Source: Octopus sinensis (taxonomy: Eukaryota). Taken from it: a stretch of DNA of 64,000 bases. The notes under the pieces are model-generated. The model saw only the letters and a program-made list of their open reading frames with translations, was not told the DNA's origin and ran no database searches. Position numbers and translations under genes: made by a program. Shown piece by piece: positions 39,746 to 52,095 of the stretch. The DNA lies in NCBI RefSeq assembly GCF_006345805.1, contig NC_043009.1, forward strand, positions 248,001 to 312,000. The letters run 5' to 3'. The stretch's first letter is position 1. Every line of letters begins with the position of its first letter.

Positions 39746-40298
39746 CGTGTTGTCCGAAAGTTTCATGCCGACTTATAGTAGCTTACTTTTCGACTTATTT
39801 TAGAACATGGTTGAGTCCATAAAATAAGATTTGACTACACCTCCATTTAGAGCACAGTTTAAGCTATCTTTTCGTGGAAGAAGGTTTATGTTCCTATAAT
39901 CTGTGTTAATTCTGTAACCCTTTAAAATGGAAAATAAGAAAGTTCATTTTCGGCACTTGATGCTTTGGGAACCAGACAAAAATTGCTGCAGCTCGGCTGG
40001 AATGTTACCCCATCCTCCATATTCACCAGATATTGCTCCTTCAGATTTCCACTTATTCAGGTCTCTGCAGAATAGTCTTAATGGTAAAGATTTCAATTCC
40101 TTGGATGACGTAAAAAGACACCTTGATGAATTCTTTGCCATGAAACCACCTCGAAGAGGGTATTTTCAAGTTAAAGGAAAGATGGAGACGCATTGTGCAA
40201 CAAATTGGTTCATATTTGGTTGATTAAAAAATTAATGGCAAGTATTTATTGACTTTTTCTTTCCTTTAAAATCGGCACGAACTTTCCGGACAACTAAA
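39746..40298 (+). mobile_element. Internally deleted mariner derivative
   Basis: TIRs GTTGTCC-GAAAGTTTCATGCCGACTTA / TAAAATCGGCACGAACTTTCCGGACAAC. ORF 39927-40223 fuses the N-terminus MENKKVHFRH to HPPYSPDIAPSDFHLFRSL. Confidence 0.85.
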
Positions 40299-41141
40299 TA
40301 TATTTGAAGATCTACACTTGTACACTATTTTGTTGCTTTTTGTTTATCCTTCTTTTTTCCTTGGGGCAAGATGGCGAGATTGCAGGGCGAGGGTCCTTGT
40401 AACATGAGTGGGATATTTAGTTCCTGGTCCAGGCCACTTGGCAATAAGTAAGTGACAAGTTCCTTTATTAATTCCTAAGCATTAAATTAACCAGTTAGCG
40501 TTTGTTGTTTCCGGCTAACTTATAGAATACACGCACACGCACACACTCTCACACACACACACACATATATATATGTATACATACATGTACACATAGATAC
40601 GCACACACACACATACATATGCACATAGAAACACCCACGCGCGCACACACACAAACACACGCAGAGATACACACTCACAGGCATACATAAATACATGCAT
40701 ATAATCATACATAAAATACATGAAAATACATTTATACATGCACTGTATCTGTCTGTGTGTGCGTGCGCTTGTGTGTGCGTGCGTGCGAATATACATATAA
40801 TTGCCTGGTTTGTATTGGACGGAAGAACCTCGCCTGCAACAGTCACTACTAAAAATTCTTTGAAAGGAAAAAAATAAAAAAGTGTCGCTGTCTGCTAACC
40901 TAACAATTCGCTTCAGTTACATCGGCTGACAACTACACTTGAAGGAGCAACAGTTTTGCGTCCAGTCAAAAGAAAAAACAAAATTATCCTATAGTCTTAA
41001 AAATAATCAGCGTTCGGCGTTAATTTTCCTACATACAGTAAGAAAACTAAAAATCTTACCACCATGAACGGATTATATTATGGAATATGCCTTTTATTCG
41101 GTAAGTTGTATTAACATCTAAAACTTTTGGAAGAGAATGAG

Positions 41142-41183
<42 letters not shown>

Positions 41184-41280
41184 TATGACGATAGTGTTTT
41201 ACATTTCTTTGTTTATAATTTTAAGTGCAAAGCCCGCAAATTTGAATAAAATGGACTTAGTCGAATCGGTTTTTTTTTTC

Positions 41281-41485
41281 GATGACGTAAAAAGATACCT
41301 TGATGAATTCTTTGCCATCAAACCACCTCAATTCTGGAAAGAGAGTGATTTCAAGTTAAAGGAAAATACGGAGACGCATTGTGCAACAAAATAGTTCATA
41401 TCTGGTTGATTAAAAATTTAATGACAAGTAATTTTTGACCTTTTTCTTTCCTCTAAAAATCGGCACGAACTTTCCAGTCAACCCA
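41281..41485 (+). mobile_element. mariner 3' fragment (same family as 39746)
   Basis: DDVKRYLDEFFAIKPP and right TIR AAAATCGGCACGAACTTTCC. Confidence 0.8.
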
Positions 41486-42889
41486 TATATATTTACTCGA
41501 CAATAAACGTGGCGTGCAAAGAAGTTTATTCTATTCTATTTTATTCGTTTCGTTTTGTTTATTTACTTATTTATTTATTCATTTTGTAATATAACCGAAC
41601 AATCACTTTATTCTTACTGAACCAGTCATTTCGAACAGTTTTAATTATTTTCTATTTTTTGTTGTGTGTTGAAACTATTCTATTGCCATTTCCAACCGCG
41701 TTCGCGATTTTTCACGAGACATGTTTAAAAATTTGCTAAAAGAGATCAGTGAAAATACTTTTTTAAACATGGCTTAAATTATTAGTGTGAAATGAGCTGA
41801 ACAGTGCAGTTAGCGGATATTAGCAGCTAGTAGAACATCAGAACTATAAGACTTTTGCCACCATATTTTTGAAAAGATATACTGCTTTATCCAATTAGTT
41901 TTGAAATTAATAAAGAAGGATGGTTTCAAATTTTGGCATGAGCCCAGCACAATTTTAAGGGAGTGGGACAAGTCAATTAAATCGAGCTTAATATTCGACT
42001 GGAGCTGTTACTCAATTTATTGACCCCAAATTACTGGCCTCGCACCGAAATTAGAAACCATTAAAAATATTGAGAGTTTAAGGCTGCGCACTGGCGGAAT
42101 CAGTAACGAATTGAACAAAATACCAAGCGGCATTTCTTCCGGCTCTTTACGTTTTGAGTTCAAATTCCACCGAGGGTGATTTTTACCTTCATCCTTCCTG
42201 GTTTATTGACCACTGACGTCGATATTATCGACTTATCCCATCCACTGAAACTGCTGGTTTTGTGCCAAAATCTAAAACCGTTATTAATCTAGTGTGCTGA
42301 GTATAACAATTAACATGGAATTACAGTGGAAGGGGTTAATTTTGATTTCTTTTAATCAAGTCTATATCGTAGAACAAGGAGTGGTGGCCTGGGGTGGCCT
42401 GGTATCAAAAAGGTTAACAAATTAAAGGGCTCAATATTGATAACATTATAGTCGAAATATTCAGCAATGAAGGAATGAATGCTTAAAAAAGTATTAAAAA
42501 GGGTAAGTATTCAATACAGACAGCAGTGGATCCTCACCGTTTGACGACGAGGATTTGGTTGTTCTATCAACAGAATGTTTGCCTCTTAATTAGAGAGTGA
42601 ATTACTGTGTATTCCTCAGACACGAGCAACTTCCCGTAATTCTCCGCCAGAACCAGCTTCACACATCGAGCGTGACCAGGCCGTACATTTTGAATTACAG
42701 GAAACTTTTGAATTCATGCGTTTGTACATTTTCCGTCTACCCAACTTTACTCATTCGTTATGAACTGGAAGGAGGCTGCCCAAAAAGACATTTGCCCAGG
42801 ATCTCAGGCAGAAGGATCAAACGCGTGGCCTCCTTCAAAAGCGGTCTTCTTAAACAATCGGCCATGCTTCGTCTACATATATATTTTTT

Positions 42890-43118
42890 TTTTTTTATTG
42901 CCCACAAGGGTCTAAACATAGAGGGGACAAACAAGGACAGACAAACGGATTAAGTCGATTATATCGACCCCAGGGCGTAACTGGTATTTAATTTATCGAC
43001 CTCCGAAAGGATGAAAGGCAAAGTCGACCTCGGCAGAATTTGAACTCAGAACGTAACAGCCACGAAATACCGCTAAACATTTCGCCCGACGCGCTAAAGT
43101 TTCTGCCAGCTCGCCGCC
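42890..43118 (-). mobile_element. tRNA-derived SINE S1
   Basis: Full head and body as in 20279-20515. Confidence 0.85.
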
Positions 43119-43204
43119 TTAACATATACATATATATGTTTGCCTGAGTATACTTGGAAGTGTACTGTGTTTTTCAACACAGTAAGTCTTTAAAGGAGGA
43201 CTTT

Positions 43205-43320
43205 CCCGGGACACGCCCCTCCCACACTCATACACGTGATGTTTGGTTGCGCAATCAGCATGACGTTTCCTTAACGAGTTTCATGATTGGCTAGTTGCAA
43301 TTTGACGTAAGCAACAGATG
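43205..43320. promoter_or_regulatory. Promoter-like cluster of TF motifs
   Basis: CACGCCCCTCCC, CACGTG, TTGCGCAA, TGACGT x2 and TGATTGGCTA (reverse CCAAT) within ~110 bp of CpG-containing sequence. Confidence 0.3.
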
Positions 43321-43431
43321 CGATGGTACGTGTCGTCGGTCGATGTTTCATCTAACTTAAACTGTAACTATATAACTTTTAAACATGATATTAGTTATAA
43401 AGACATTTCAGTTGTATTTTTCAAATAAATA

Positions 43432-43808
43432 CACCATAACCAAACGTTCTCGTTAAATAAACACTAATAAACTAAAAGCCGGAAGAATAAGGATGAGAAA
43501 GAGTTGGTAGAAAAATAATAAAAGAAAATGGAATAAGATATACAAGGAAAGAAAGAGTGACTAAAGAGGCGACACTTTATTCCACGTTGCTCCAGTTGTA
43601 GAAACGTCACTGGTGCCAAACTGTATCGGCCTTTGCTTTCACTTGGATAACATTAGTGGCGACTGGTATGCATGGACGCCTGCTGGCCTTCCATAAACAA
43701 CCTTATTCCATTTTCTTTCATTTTCCTACCAACTCTTTCTCATCCTTATTCTTCCGACTTTTAGTTTATTAGCATTTATTTAACAAGCATGGACGTTTGG
43801 TTATGGTG
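43432..43808. repeat. Inverted repeat, ~106-bp arms (43432-43537 / 43702-43808) around a SINE-derived spacer
   Basis: CACCATAACCAAACG...GGAAGAATAAGGATGAGAAAGAGTTGGTAG pairs with CTACCAACTCTTTCTCATCCTTATTCTTCC...CGTTTGGTTATGGTG. Confidence 0.85.
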
Positions 43809-43929
43809 CAGAGGATTGCGGTCACCATCAGGAGAGACCATGTGTCAACCCGACGGTAGTGGGCATAGATATTTAGGGATTTTGGAGCAGGATGACATTC
43901 TACACAGAGAAATGAAAGTCAAGGTCAGT

Positions 43930-44125
43930 GAGGCATATCAAAAAGGGTGAAGATGGTGCTGACATCCAACCTGAATGCCAAGAATTTGATTACTGCAATG
44001 AATATCTGGGCAGTTGCGGCGATCAGATATAGTGCGTCCATCCTAAAATGGACAAAGGAGGATATATGAACACTGCATAGAAGGACGAGAAAATTCATGA
44101 CGCCGCATGGGGCGCTACTCTCGTA
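43930..44125 (+). mobile_element. Small R4-clade ORF remnant
   Basis: Reads KRVKMVLTSNLNAKNLITAMNIWAVAAIRYSASILKWTKE, homologous to the post-RT region of the Dong copies. Confidence 0.65.
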
Positions 44126-44329
44126 ATACCTGTCATACCGTCTGCTCAATGCCTGTCATACCGTCTATCATTTTTGTAATAGACTTTTGAGGTCCTTCAA
44201 CTTTCATGATACTTTGTTTCGTGTGGGGAGACCACAGTAGACAACAGTATTCAGGCTGAGGTCGGGCAAAAGTGGAGAAGAGAAGGATAATGGTGTGGAT
44301 ATCTCATGACTGGAAAGTTATGAGAATCC

Positions 44330-44900
44330 AGAAACACATTCCGCAGGCCATGTCAACTTTGCTGTTTATATGAGAGGCCCAGCTTATGCTGTTGTCCACA
44401 ATTACTCCCAATATTCTGATGTTGTTGGATGGCACGAGAGTTTCACCTGAAGGAAGAGAGTATGAGAGTTTCAGGGTGTCTTCTTTTCCGAAGTGGATTA
44501 ATTAAAATTTTGTCCTCGTTCAGCAGCATATTATTCTTTTCCGCTAATTTGATGACAGCCAGTAGATCTGACTGATTGTATGTCCGGTCACCCACTGCAT
44601 TGATGACCTTCTGGATCTTGGAATCGTCTGCATAGATTCATATGTTGCTGTGCTTGATGATGTCAGTAATATCATTGATATAGATGATGAAAAGAAGTGG
44701 GCCCAACATAGTGCCTTCTGGGACACTGCTACTGACTTTGGCTGGGCTTGATTTTACTCCTTCGACTACATGTTGGGTTCCGTCTGTGAGGAAACACTTG
44801 ATCCGTTGTAGTAATCCAGTGCTGAAATCAAGGTATTCAAGCCCTCTCCCAAAGCTCTCAAAATGTCATCAAAGTGATGCAGGAGCTGTATTAGGCAGTT
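44330..44900 (-). mobile_element. CR1/L2-type RT fragment
   Basis: Minus frame reads SSVPEGTMLGPLLFIIYINDI...IYADDSKI...LNEDKF. Confidence 0.75.
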
Positions 44901-44915
44901 CCTTCCATTCTAGCA

Positions 44916-44961
44916 AAAACTGTCTGATGAACGGCAACGAGAAACTCAGAGTAACAGATTT
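44916..44961 (+). ncRNA. Minimal hammerhead motif with canonical CTGATGA core
   Basis: AAAACTGT CTGATGA ACGGCAACGA GAAAC TCAGA GTA ACAGATTT, followed ~37 nt later by (TA)n. Confidence 0.65.
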
Positions 44962-44988
44962 TGTTGAATTTTCTGCTGCTTAAAATAA

Positions 44989-45025
<37 letters not shown>

Positions 45026-45420
45026 TATATATAGATAATATATATATATATATTATATAGTATGTATATATTTGCATATATATATGTATACATTATCAAT
45101 ATATATATGCATATATATATACATATATATATATATATTCAAACACATAAGAGATGGCCATAATAGGACATCTGACTCACTAGAAAGAGCAGTTAAACTC
45201 CAAACTACTAATAGTTGTAATTCTGAAATGGAAAGAGAAATAAGAACGTTTGACCTATCTTTTCTGGAATATGCATGGAGTTTAACTGCTCTTTCTAGTG
45301 AGTCAGATGTCCTATTATGGACACCTCTTATGTGTTTGAATGTATATTACATAGTCTATTGACTATTTTCTTCTTTCTCGCTAGACCGAATGTTTTTCCT
45401 AACCTAAATTTTATTAATAC

Positions 45421-45533
<113 letters not shown>

Positions 45534-45566
45534 TAGTGTTCTCTGTGTGTGTGTATAAACATACAT

Positions 45567-45860
45567 AGGCGCATGGCTCATTCGAATCCCAGACCGGGCT
45601 GCGTGTTGCGTTCTTGAGCAAGACACTTTTTCTCAGACTGCTCCTAGTCACTCAGCTGTAGAAATGAGTTGCGACGTCACTGGGCCGAAGCTGTATCGGT
45701 GTTTGCCTTTCCCTTTCGATAACAATGGTGGCGTGGAGAGGGGAGGCTGGCATGCATGGGTGACTGCTGGTCTTCCATAAACACCTTACCCTGACTAGTA
45801 TCTGGGAAGGTAACTTTCTAGGTACAATCCCATAGTAAGTCATGACCGAAGGGGGTCTCA
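45567..45860 (+). mobile_element. SINE (CORE/MESC-like core CTTGAGCAAGACACTT)
   Basis: Truncated head with TTCGAATCCC B-box; body shared with the spacer at 43570-43700. Confidence 0.6.
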
Positions 45861-45902
45861 GACAGACAGACACACACACACACACACGCATATACATACA
45901 CA

Positions 45903-45935
<33 letters not shown>

Positions 45936-45938
<3 letters not shown>

Positions 45939-46242
45939 CACGTGATCAAGTGACCGACCAGACCATCAGATGTTGTACACATCGCTGGTCACAATGCGTT
46001 CGCATTGTGTTAGACTTCGAATGACGCCACCCCGCTGGCTAAGCGAGCAGGCCAACAGAAGAAAGAGTGGGAGAAAGAGTGGTGAAAGAACACAGCAGGG
46101 ATCACCCCCCCCCCTGCCGGAGCCTCGTGGAGCTTTTAGCTGTTTTCGTTCAATAAACACTCACAACGCCCGGTCTGGGAATCGAAACCGCGATCCTACG
46201 ACCGCGAGTCCGCTGCCCTAACCACTGGGCGATTGCGCCTCC
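45936..46242 (-). mobile_element. Full-length tRNA-derived SINE S3
   Basis: Head GGAGGCGCAATCGCCCAGTGGTTAGGGCAGCGGACTCGCGG...TTCGATTCCC and body related to 31965-32060. Confidence 0.8.
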
Positions 46243-46279
<37 letters not shown>

Positions 46280-46281
<2 letters not shown>

Positions 46282-47720
46282 AATATATAATAATAAATAT
46301 TAGGGAATAAATCCAAATTTACAGGGAAAATCAGATTTAGGATTGAATCCAATTTTATAGTAAAATATTATATAATATTAATTAGAGACAAAACCACTAT
46401 TTTGCAAATCAAACAAAGAAAGACTTAATCCAATACATAAAAAAAAAAATTTTAATATAAATTAAATAAAATTATATTCGCCACTACAATTGTTTCGTGT
46501 CTCTTCTCAGGACATTCATCAGGTGGATTTCAGATCTAAAAATAATCAATATTTTTAAGATATAAATTTAAAATGACTAAAACTATAAATAATATAAATT
46601 TATCAATGAAAATATATATATATATATATAATCTATATATAATCAAGAACTAAAATAACCTCTATAAACAATTGAATATAAAGAAACCTAGTATTTAAGT
46701 TCTCATATTTAAAGATGAAGAATCTAATTTCAAAAAACAAAATAAAATAAAATATATACAAACACACATGCTCATACACATATATCTAAGTATATATATA
46801 AACATATCTAAATACATACACTAACTCACACACCCGTATATATATCTCTATACATACACATAAACATCTAGGCAATGATAAATTAATAAAGTAGCCGTAT
46901 AATTAAACACATTACTTATTCGTACTCCCACACACACACATACAACCCTCATTCATAAACACACTCACTCTGCATGACAACCACACATCCAACATCCGCA
47001 AATACTCAACCACAACAACAGAAACATTTTATTCTTAGCAATAAACTACCGAATACCATATACCACATATATACAACACCATACATAAATACTTAAAACA
47101 AACACACACACACACACACACATATTCCAAATACCACATGCATACAACAAACATACACAAATACGCAAACAAACACACACACACACACACATTCACACAT
47201 ACATAAACACTCAAAAGAAAACAACTTTTCTACACATAAACAATGCACACCCACACACACACACAATCACTCACACACAACACCACTCCCACCGCCACTC
47301 CATCACAGAGGAGTAACAAATTCAGGAGATACATACATTCAGCCACACACATACATTAACATTCTCTACTCGGCAATATACTATTAAAAACCCCATCACC
47401 ACTCTAAACAAAATTATGAATATGAATAATAACTTATATAGAATTATTCTATTATTAAACGTAACCTAAACCATTTAAAAACGAATCTATCTATTTATCA
47501 AAGTATGTCTAAATTATTTAATAACTAATAGCAAAGAAAAGTACGATAAATAGATCAATACATAAACAACAAGTTTAACATAAGGAGAATATATTATACA
47601 AAAACTTATACATATACAATTAAAATTAAAATAGGAGATCTAAAATAATACATACCTTCTATTCTATTTTAAGTTATGAAGTGAATTTAAAAGTCTAACT
47701 GTTATAGCGTTTACAAAATT
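46280..47720 (-). mobile_element. ~1.4-kb non-coding hammerhead-bearing element between (TA)n tracts
   Basis: 3' segment 46280-46450 is homologous to 31690-31850 and to the 12282 palindrome arms. No ORF >=60 aa is listed in it; 5' boundary inferred from (TA)n at about 47740. Confidence 0.45.
46481..46526 (-). ncRNA. Minimal type I hammerhead motif, canonical core
   Basis: Minus: CCAC CTGATGA A TGTC-CT GAGA AG-A-GACA C GAAAC AATT GTA GTGG. GNRA-capped helix II; palindromic helix III ACAATTGT. Confidence 0.75.
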
Positions 47721-47739
47721 ACGTTATCATAGAAATAGA

Positions 47740-47803
<64 letters not shown>

Positions 47804-47804
47804 C

Positions 47805-47843
<39 letters not shown>

Positions 47844-47870
47844 ATATATATATACATATATATATAAATA

Positions 47871-47973
<103 letters not shown>

Positions 47974-47986
47974 TACATATATACAT

Positions 47987-48019
<33 letters not shown>

Positions 48020-48054
48020 TGCATTTATGTAATGCATATTCTTTTTTGTTTCAG

Positions 48055-48159
48055 TGATTGGCAGTGCCATGGCTGAATGCGATCTTCAAAAGGTAATGGA
48101 ATGTCAAAGATTTACATTCCGAAGCTGCAAGATCCCGAAAATAAAGAGGCTGTGTGCAA
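48055..48159 (+). CDS. Candidate symmetric (phase 1-1) exon of a small secreted Cys-rich protein
   Basis: TTCTTTTTTGTTTCAG acceptor and AA|GTAAGA donor; 105 nt; only open frame is [36 protein letters not shown]. Confidence 0.35.
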
Positions 48160-48854
48160 GTAAGATAAATAAATAAAAAAAAAGGATTTTTCCATTTTTC
48201 ATTCTTCTCTTCTTTATACATTGTCAGGAGATTTAGATTCGAGGAGCCGGGTTCGATCCCCCAAAGTGGCACCTAGGTCAAGTTTTGTTATCCTCTAAAT
48301 CTAGGATTGACTTAATCCGCGTGGCGAGGACACAGCTCCAGTGTTCAGGAATTTGGAAGAACATGTAGTTTCCCCTTAATTGCGCCCTATTCTTAGGGGC
48401 TTTCTGGCCCTGAAAGGAACTACTCTACAGTTATAGATCCAGCAAGAGATTGATCCTGTGGCCATGGCGTTGCACCAGGTCTACCTGCCAGTGAGTATTT
48501 TTGTGTGGGAGTCAGCGATATAATTGGAAAAAATACATTCAAACGAAGAGGCGAAGGTCGCTAGCACTCGTGTGTGTGTTTTTTTCTATGCTCCTCCCAC
48601 CACCACGTGACAACAACTGTTGGATTATTTATGTCCTTGTAACTTAGTTTGTGGAGGAGCGTAGCTGAGTGGCAAGGGTGTCGGCAACATGATCGTAAGA
48701 TTGTGGTTTCGATTCCTGGACCGGCGACTTCATTTCACGTTGCTCCAGTCCACTCAGCTGGTAAAAAGGAGTAAAGCTGCGATAGACTGGCATCCCGACC
48801 AGCAGGGGTACACATACGCCATTGAACTGCATGGTTAGGCTTTAGAAAGGGCGC

Positions 48855-48920
<66 letters not shown>

Positions 48921-49229
48921 CATTATTATTATTTGTATTAGTTTGGCAAAACCGCCCGATAGAATTAGTACTAAGCCTTAAAAGCGAAAGAGTGCTGGCA
49001 TCAATTTGTTCGACTTCGAAATAGAGCCCCAGCATGGCCGTCTGATAACTAAAGCAGGTAAAAGGAAATATGGAGGAAAGGTATTAATCTTCCGTTTTAT
49101 GGAAAATTTATAACACAAATTTTAAATAATATACACTTTCATACGATGCGGCGAGCTGGCAGAAACGTTAGCATGCAGGACGACATAATTTGCGGTACCT
49201 AAGTGTCTAATATAAGGAATATCTTTGAA

Positions 49230-49464
49230 GGCGGCGCGCTGGCAGAACCGTTAGCAGGCCGGGCGAAATGCTTTGCGGTATTTCGTCTGCCGCTACGTTC
49301 TGAGCTCAAATTCCGCCGAGGTCAACTTTGCCTTTACTCCTTTCGAGGTCGATTAAATAAGTACCAGTTACACACTGGGGTCAATATAATCGACTTAATT
49401 CGTTTGTCTGTCCTTGTTTGTTCCCTCTGTGTTTAGCCCCTTGTGGGTCGTAAAGAAATAGGTA
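49230..49464 (+). mobile_element. tRNA-derived SINE S1
   Basis: Head GGCGGCGCGCTGGCAGAACCGTTAGC and full body; extra partial copies at 49149-49200 and 49480-49570. Confidence 0.85.
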
Positions 49465-49916
49465 TTTCATTTTTCTTTGCGTTTTGTGTTCAAATTGCGC
49501 AGTGGTCACCTTTCCCTCTCATCCTTTCGAGGTCGATAAATTAAATACCAGCTACGTTCTGGGGTCGTACTGGACCCCACCCACACACACACACAAATTC
49601 GGTCTTTGTTCCTAGTGTAGGTAAAGAATACCCACTAACAGACAACTTAGAAAACTATCTTTTATTTTATTTTATATATTTTTTATCCTTTACTCTTTTC
49701 AGTCATTTCACTGCACCATGCTGGAACATGGCCTTGAAGGGTTTTAGTCGAACAAATCGACCGCAGGACTTATTCTTTGCAAACCTAGTACTTACTCTAT
49801 CGGTATCTTTTGCCGAACCGCTAAGTTACGGGGACTCAAACACGCCAGCATCCGTTTCCAAACGATATCGGGGAGACAAACACAGACACACAAAAACACA
49901 CACACACTCACACACA

Positions 49917-49957
<41 letters not shown>

Positions 49958-50139
49958 TATATATATATATAATATATATAATATATATATATATATATGC
50001 GGTGGGCTCCTTTCAGTATCCGTCTACCAATCCACTCACAAGGCTTTGGGCGACCCGAGGCTATAGTAGAAGACACTTGCCCAAGTGGCAACGCGGTGGG
50101 ACTGAACCCGGGACTATGTGGTTGGTAAGCGAGCTACTT

Positions 50140-52095
50140 TATTTTATTTTATTTGCCATAATGGCAGTATACAGTGTAGCTGCGGGCTGGACAAGACATT
50201 AATGAGGCGAATGGTAACAATACAAGATGATAAAGATGAGAGAAGACACAAAGCGCCCGCCGACACCCTGCTTCTCGAAAACATTGTTCGTTAAAAACAT
50301 CTAAAAAGGAAATAAACCTCTTACAAATATATACAAAAACTTGGACTAGAAGTCTATCACAAAGGAAACAAATTTTATACGTATATAGGCGATAAACCAC
50401 TTACATTACTCCCTCAATTAACTCTTCTGTGGCCTACAGGTATTCCCGCAACCACCAATCGGAACCAAAATTAAGTAATCTGTATTCCTCCTTTGGCAAG
50501 GATATTGAAACCGGAAAAAAATGTTTTCTTTCCAGTACCAGTGCAGCCACCTGTGAAGGCCACTCAGGACTGTCAATAAAAATCGGGTCCATCATAACCC
50601 GACAATCAAGATTATTTGCCACATACTCCTCAATCACCCCTCTCTTGCTTTCGAGATATGCCGTCGCCGGCAATGCCCTGTTTTTCTTTTTCTTCTTCAT
50701 TTTCCCTTTTGCGACGTTAGGATGGAGTTCCACCGACATATCTGGAGGTCCTTCTTCCCCTTCCTCCACCTCAGGGTCCATCGGCTGGCAACCATTGTTG
50801 CCCACCTTGTTTCTCTTAGTACCTTTTCTCGAGTAGGTTACCTCCTCCTCCAGTGAAGGAGCAGGAGGCTCCGTTGGGGGAACAGTGGGTTCACAGTCAT
50901 CAATCAACTGTTCCAGGACATCCGCCTGGTCCCGACAACAGTTCTTCTTCATGTGCCCTGATTGCATGCACAGGTGACACATGGGGGTGGGGCGTCCTTC
51001 AATGATCACCGGGTGCCTGGAACTAGCCATTGTCAAGAAATCTAGTAAAACCAGATCTTCCGCCGATTGGGCCCATAGGGTCAAAAGCAATTTTGACCCG
51101 ACCCAAGCGACCGCAATAGTATTTTTACATTCAAGAACTTGGCAGGGCCACCACCCAGGCTCGAGGGATAGAATCTTCTATCCATTCAGCCTCTGTACTA
51201 GGCGGCAGCCCACACACCCAGGCTCTTGTCAATTAACGCCCACCATAAGGAGGGAGATACAAAATCTTCCTCCCATCTATAGACTGGCTCGCAAATTTCT
51301 GAGCCTCCGTAGGGGTGTCGAAAAGCACGCACACCGTTGCGTACTTTGCACCCCTACGGATGAACCTATAAGTTGGCTCAAATCCCGCCAACTCTTCTTC
51401 AATTTCACTCTGAGGGAATACACAGATGGTGTCGCGGTCCTTGCAATAGGGACGCAACAACACAGTTCTCTCATCATAGTTTTTTAACCACTCCTTGGGG
51501 GCAACAGTTCGCAACTCCAAGGCTTTCTTACATTTGGTTATCATCAATAAAATAAATTAAAATATAGAAGTTCATAACAAAATCAAAAATGTTCAAATAA
51601 AAGTCTCTAATGCAAACACAAAAAAGAGCAGAAAAACAGAATAGAGGAAAAGAAGGAAGGATGACAGTTCAAATGACAACAAAATTCAACTCTCGTAATC
51701 CTTTGTCGCACAGTTAAAAATCCCTTGAAGCCCAAAAATAGCAGCAAAAAATTCCTGGTTGTATTCCAAATGGTAAAATTCTGGTTGTACTCCAATTGGT
51801 AAAATCCACGAAGTGCACACAGTCACATAAAATCATAAATTTCCGGAGGGGATACGCCCCCTGAAAAAAACACAATTCTCACTACACAGTGAGTCTTTTT
51901 GCACGTTCACAGGCAGGTAAATAACCCAGTGGAGACCCTTGCTCGTCAAAAATCATTAATTACGAACCAACGGACTCCAATAAGCTCACCACAAAAACAA
52001 ACACCTTACCTGTAGTCGTGCTTCAGTTGTTCAATATTTCTACGTGGAACGACGTGACTTCGGAGCGTATAAAACGCGAACTCTTCTGTTGTGAA
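50140..52095 (-). mobile_element. ORF1-only (HAL1-like) L1/Tx1-related retroelement with 15-bp TSD
   Basis: GTAAGCGAGCTACTT at 50125-50139 and 52096-52110; A-rich 3' end AATAAAAATAAAATAA; single ORF1-like frame; no APE/RT sequence seen. Confidence 0.8.
50434..51547 (-). pseudogene. L1/Tx1-type ORF1 (RRM-like region + CCHC zinc knuckle), one stop and one frameshift
   Basis: CHLCMQSGHMKKNC knuckle. RGAKYATVCVLFDTPTEA..YGGR.TRAWVCGLPP aligns by eye with RGKQYGTISVLLKSEALA..HMGKRTARFCIPRIP in ORF1 at 37360-37770. Confidence 0.75.

Noticed and set aside
40372-40455. CAAGATGGCG Kozak/YY1-like start followed by a GTAAGT donor
   Set aside because: Short unrecognisable peptide, and its phase 2 end does not fit the 48055 exon.
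46165-46242. tRNA-like sequences (also 31143, 32540-32615, 49230)
   Set aside because: They have A/B boxes but no complete cloverleaf and run into shared SINE bodies; these are SINE heads, not tRNA genes.
48277-48397. Apparent 28- and 32-nt GT-AG mini-introns extending the 48055 frame (would hint at dicyemid-like sequence)
   Set aside because: The region resembles a decayed SINE (GGGTTCGATCCC, GTGGCACCTAGGTCAAG) and is flanked by host-type repeats; frame continuity can be chance.
51860-52010. CAG|GTAAG donor and TTTTCAG acceptor in the leader of the ORF1-only element
   Set aside because: The TSD-flanked copy retains the sequence, so there is no evidence of splicing; insufficient to call a host gene.
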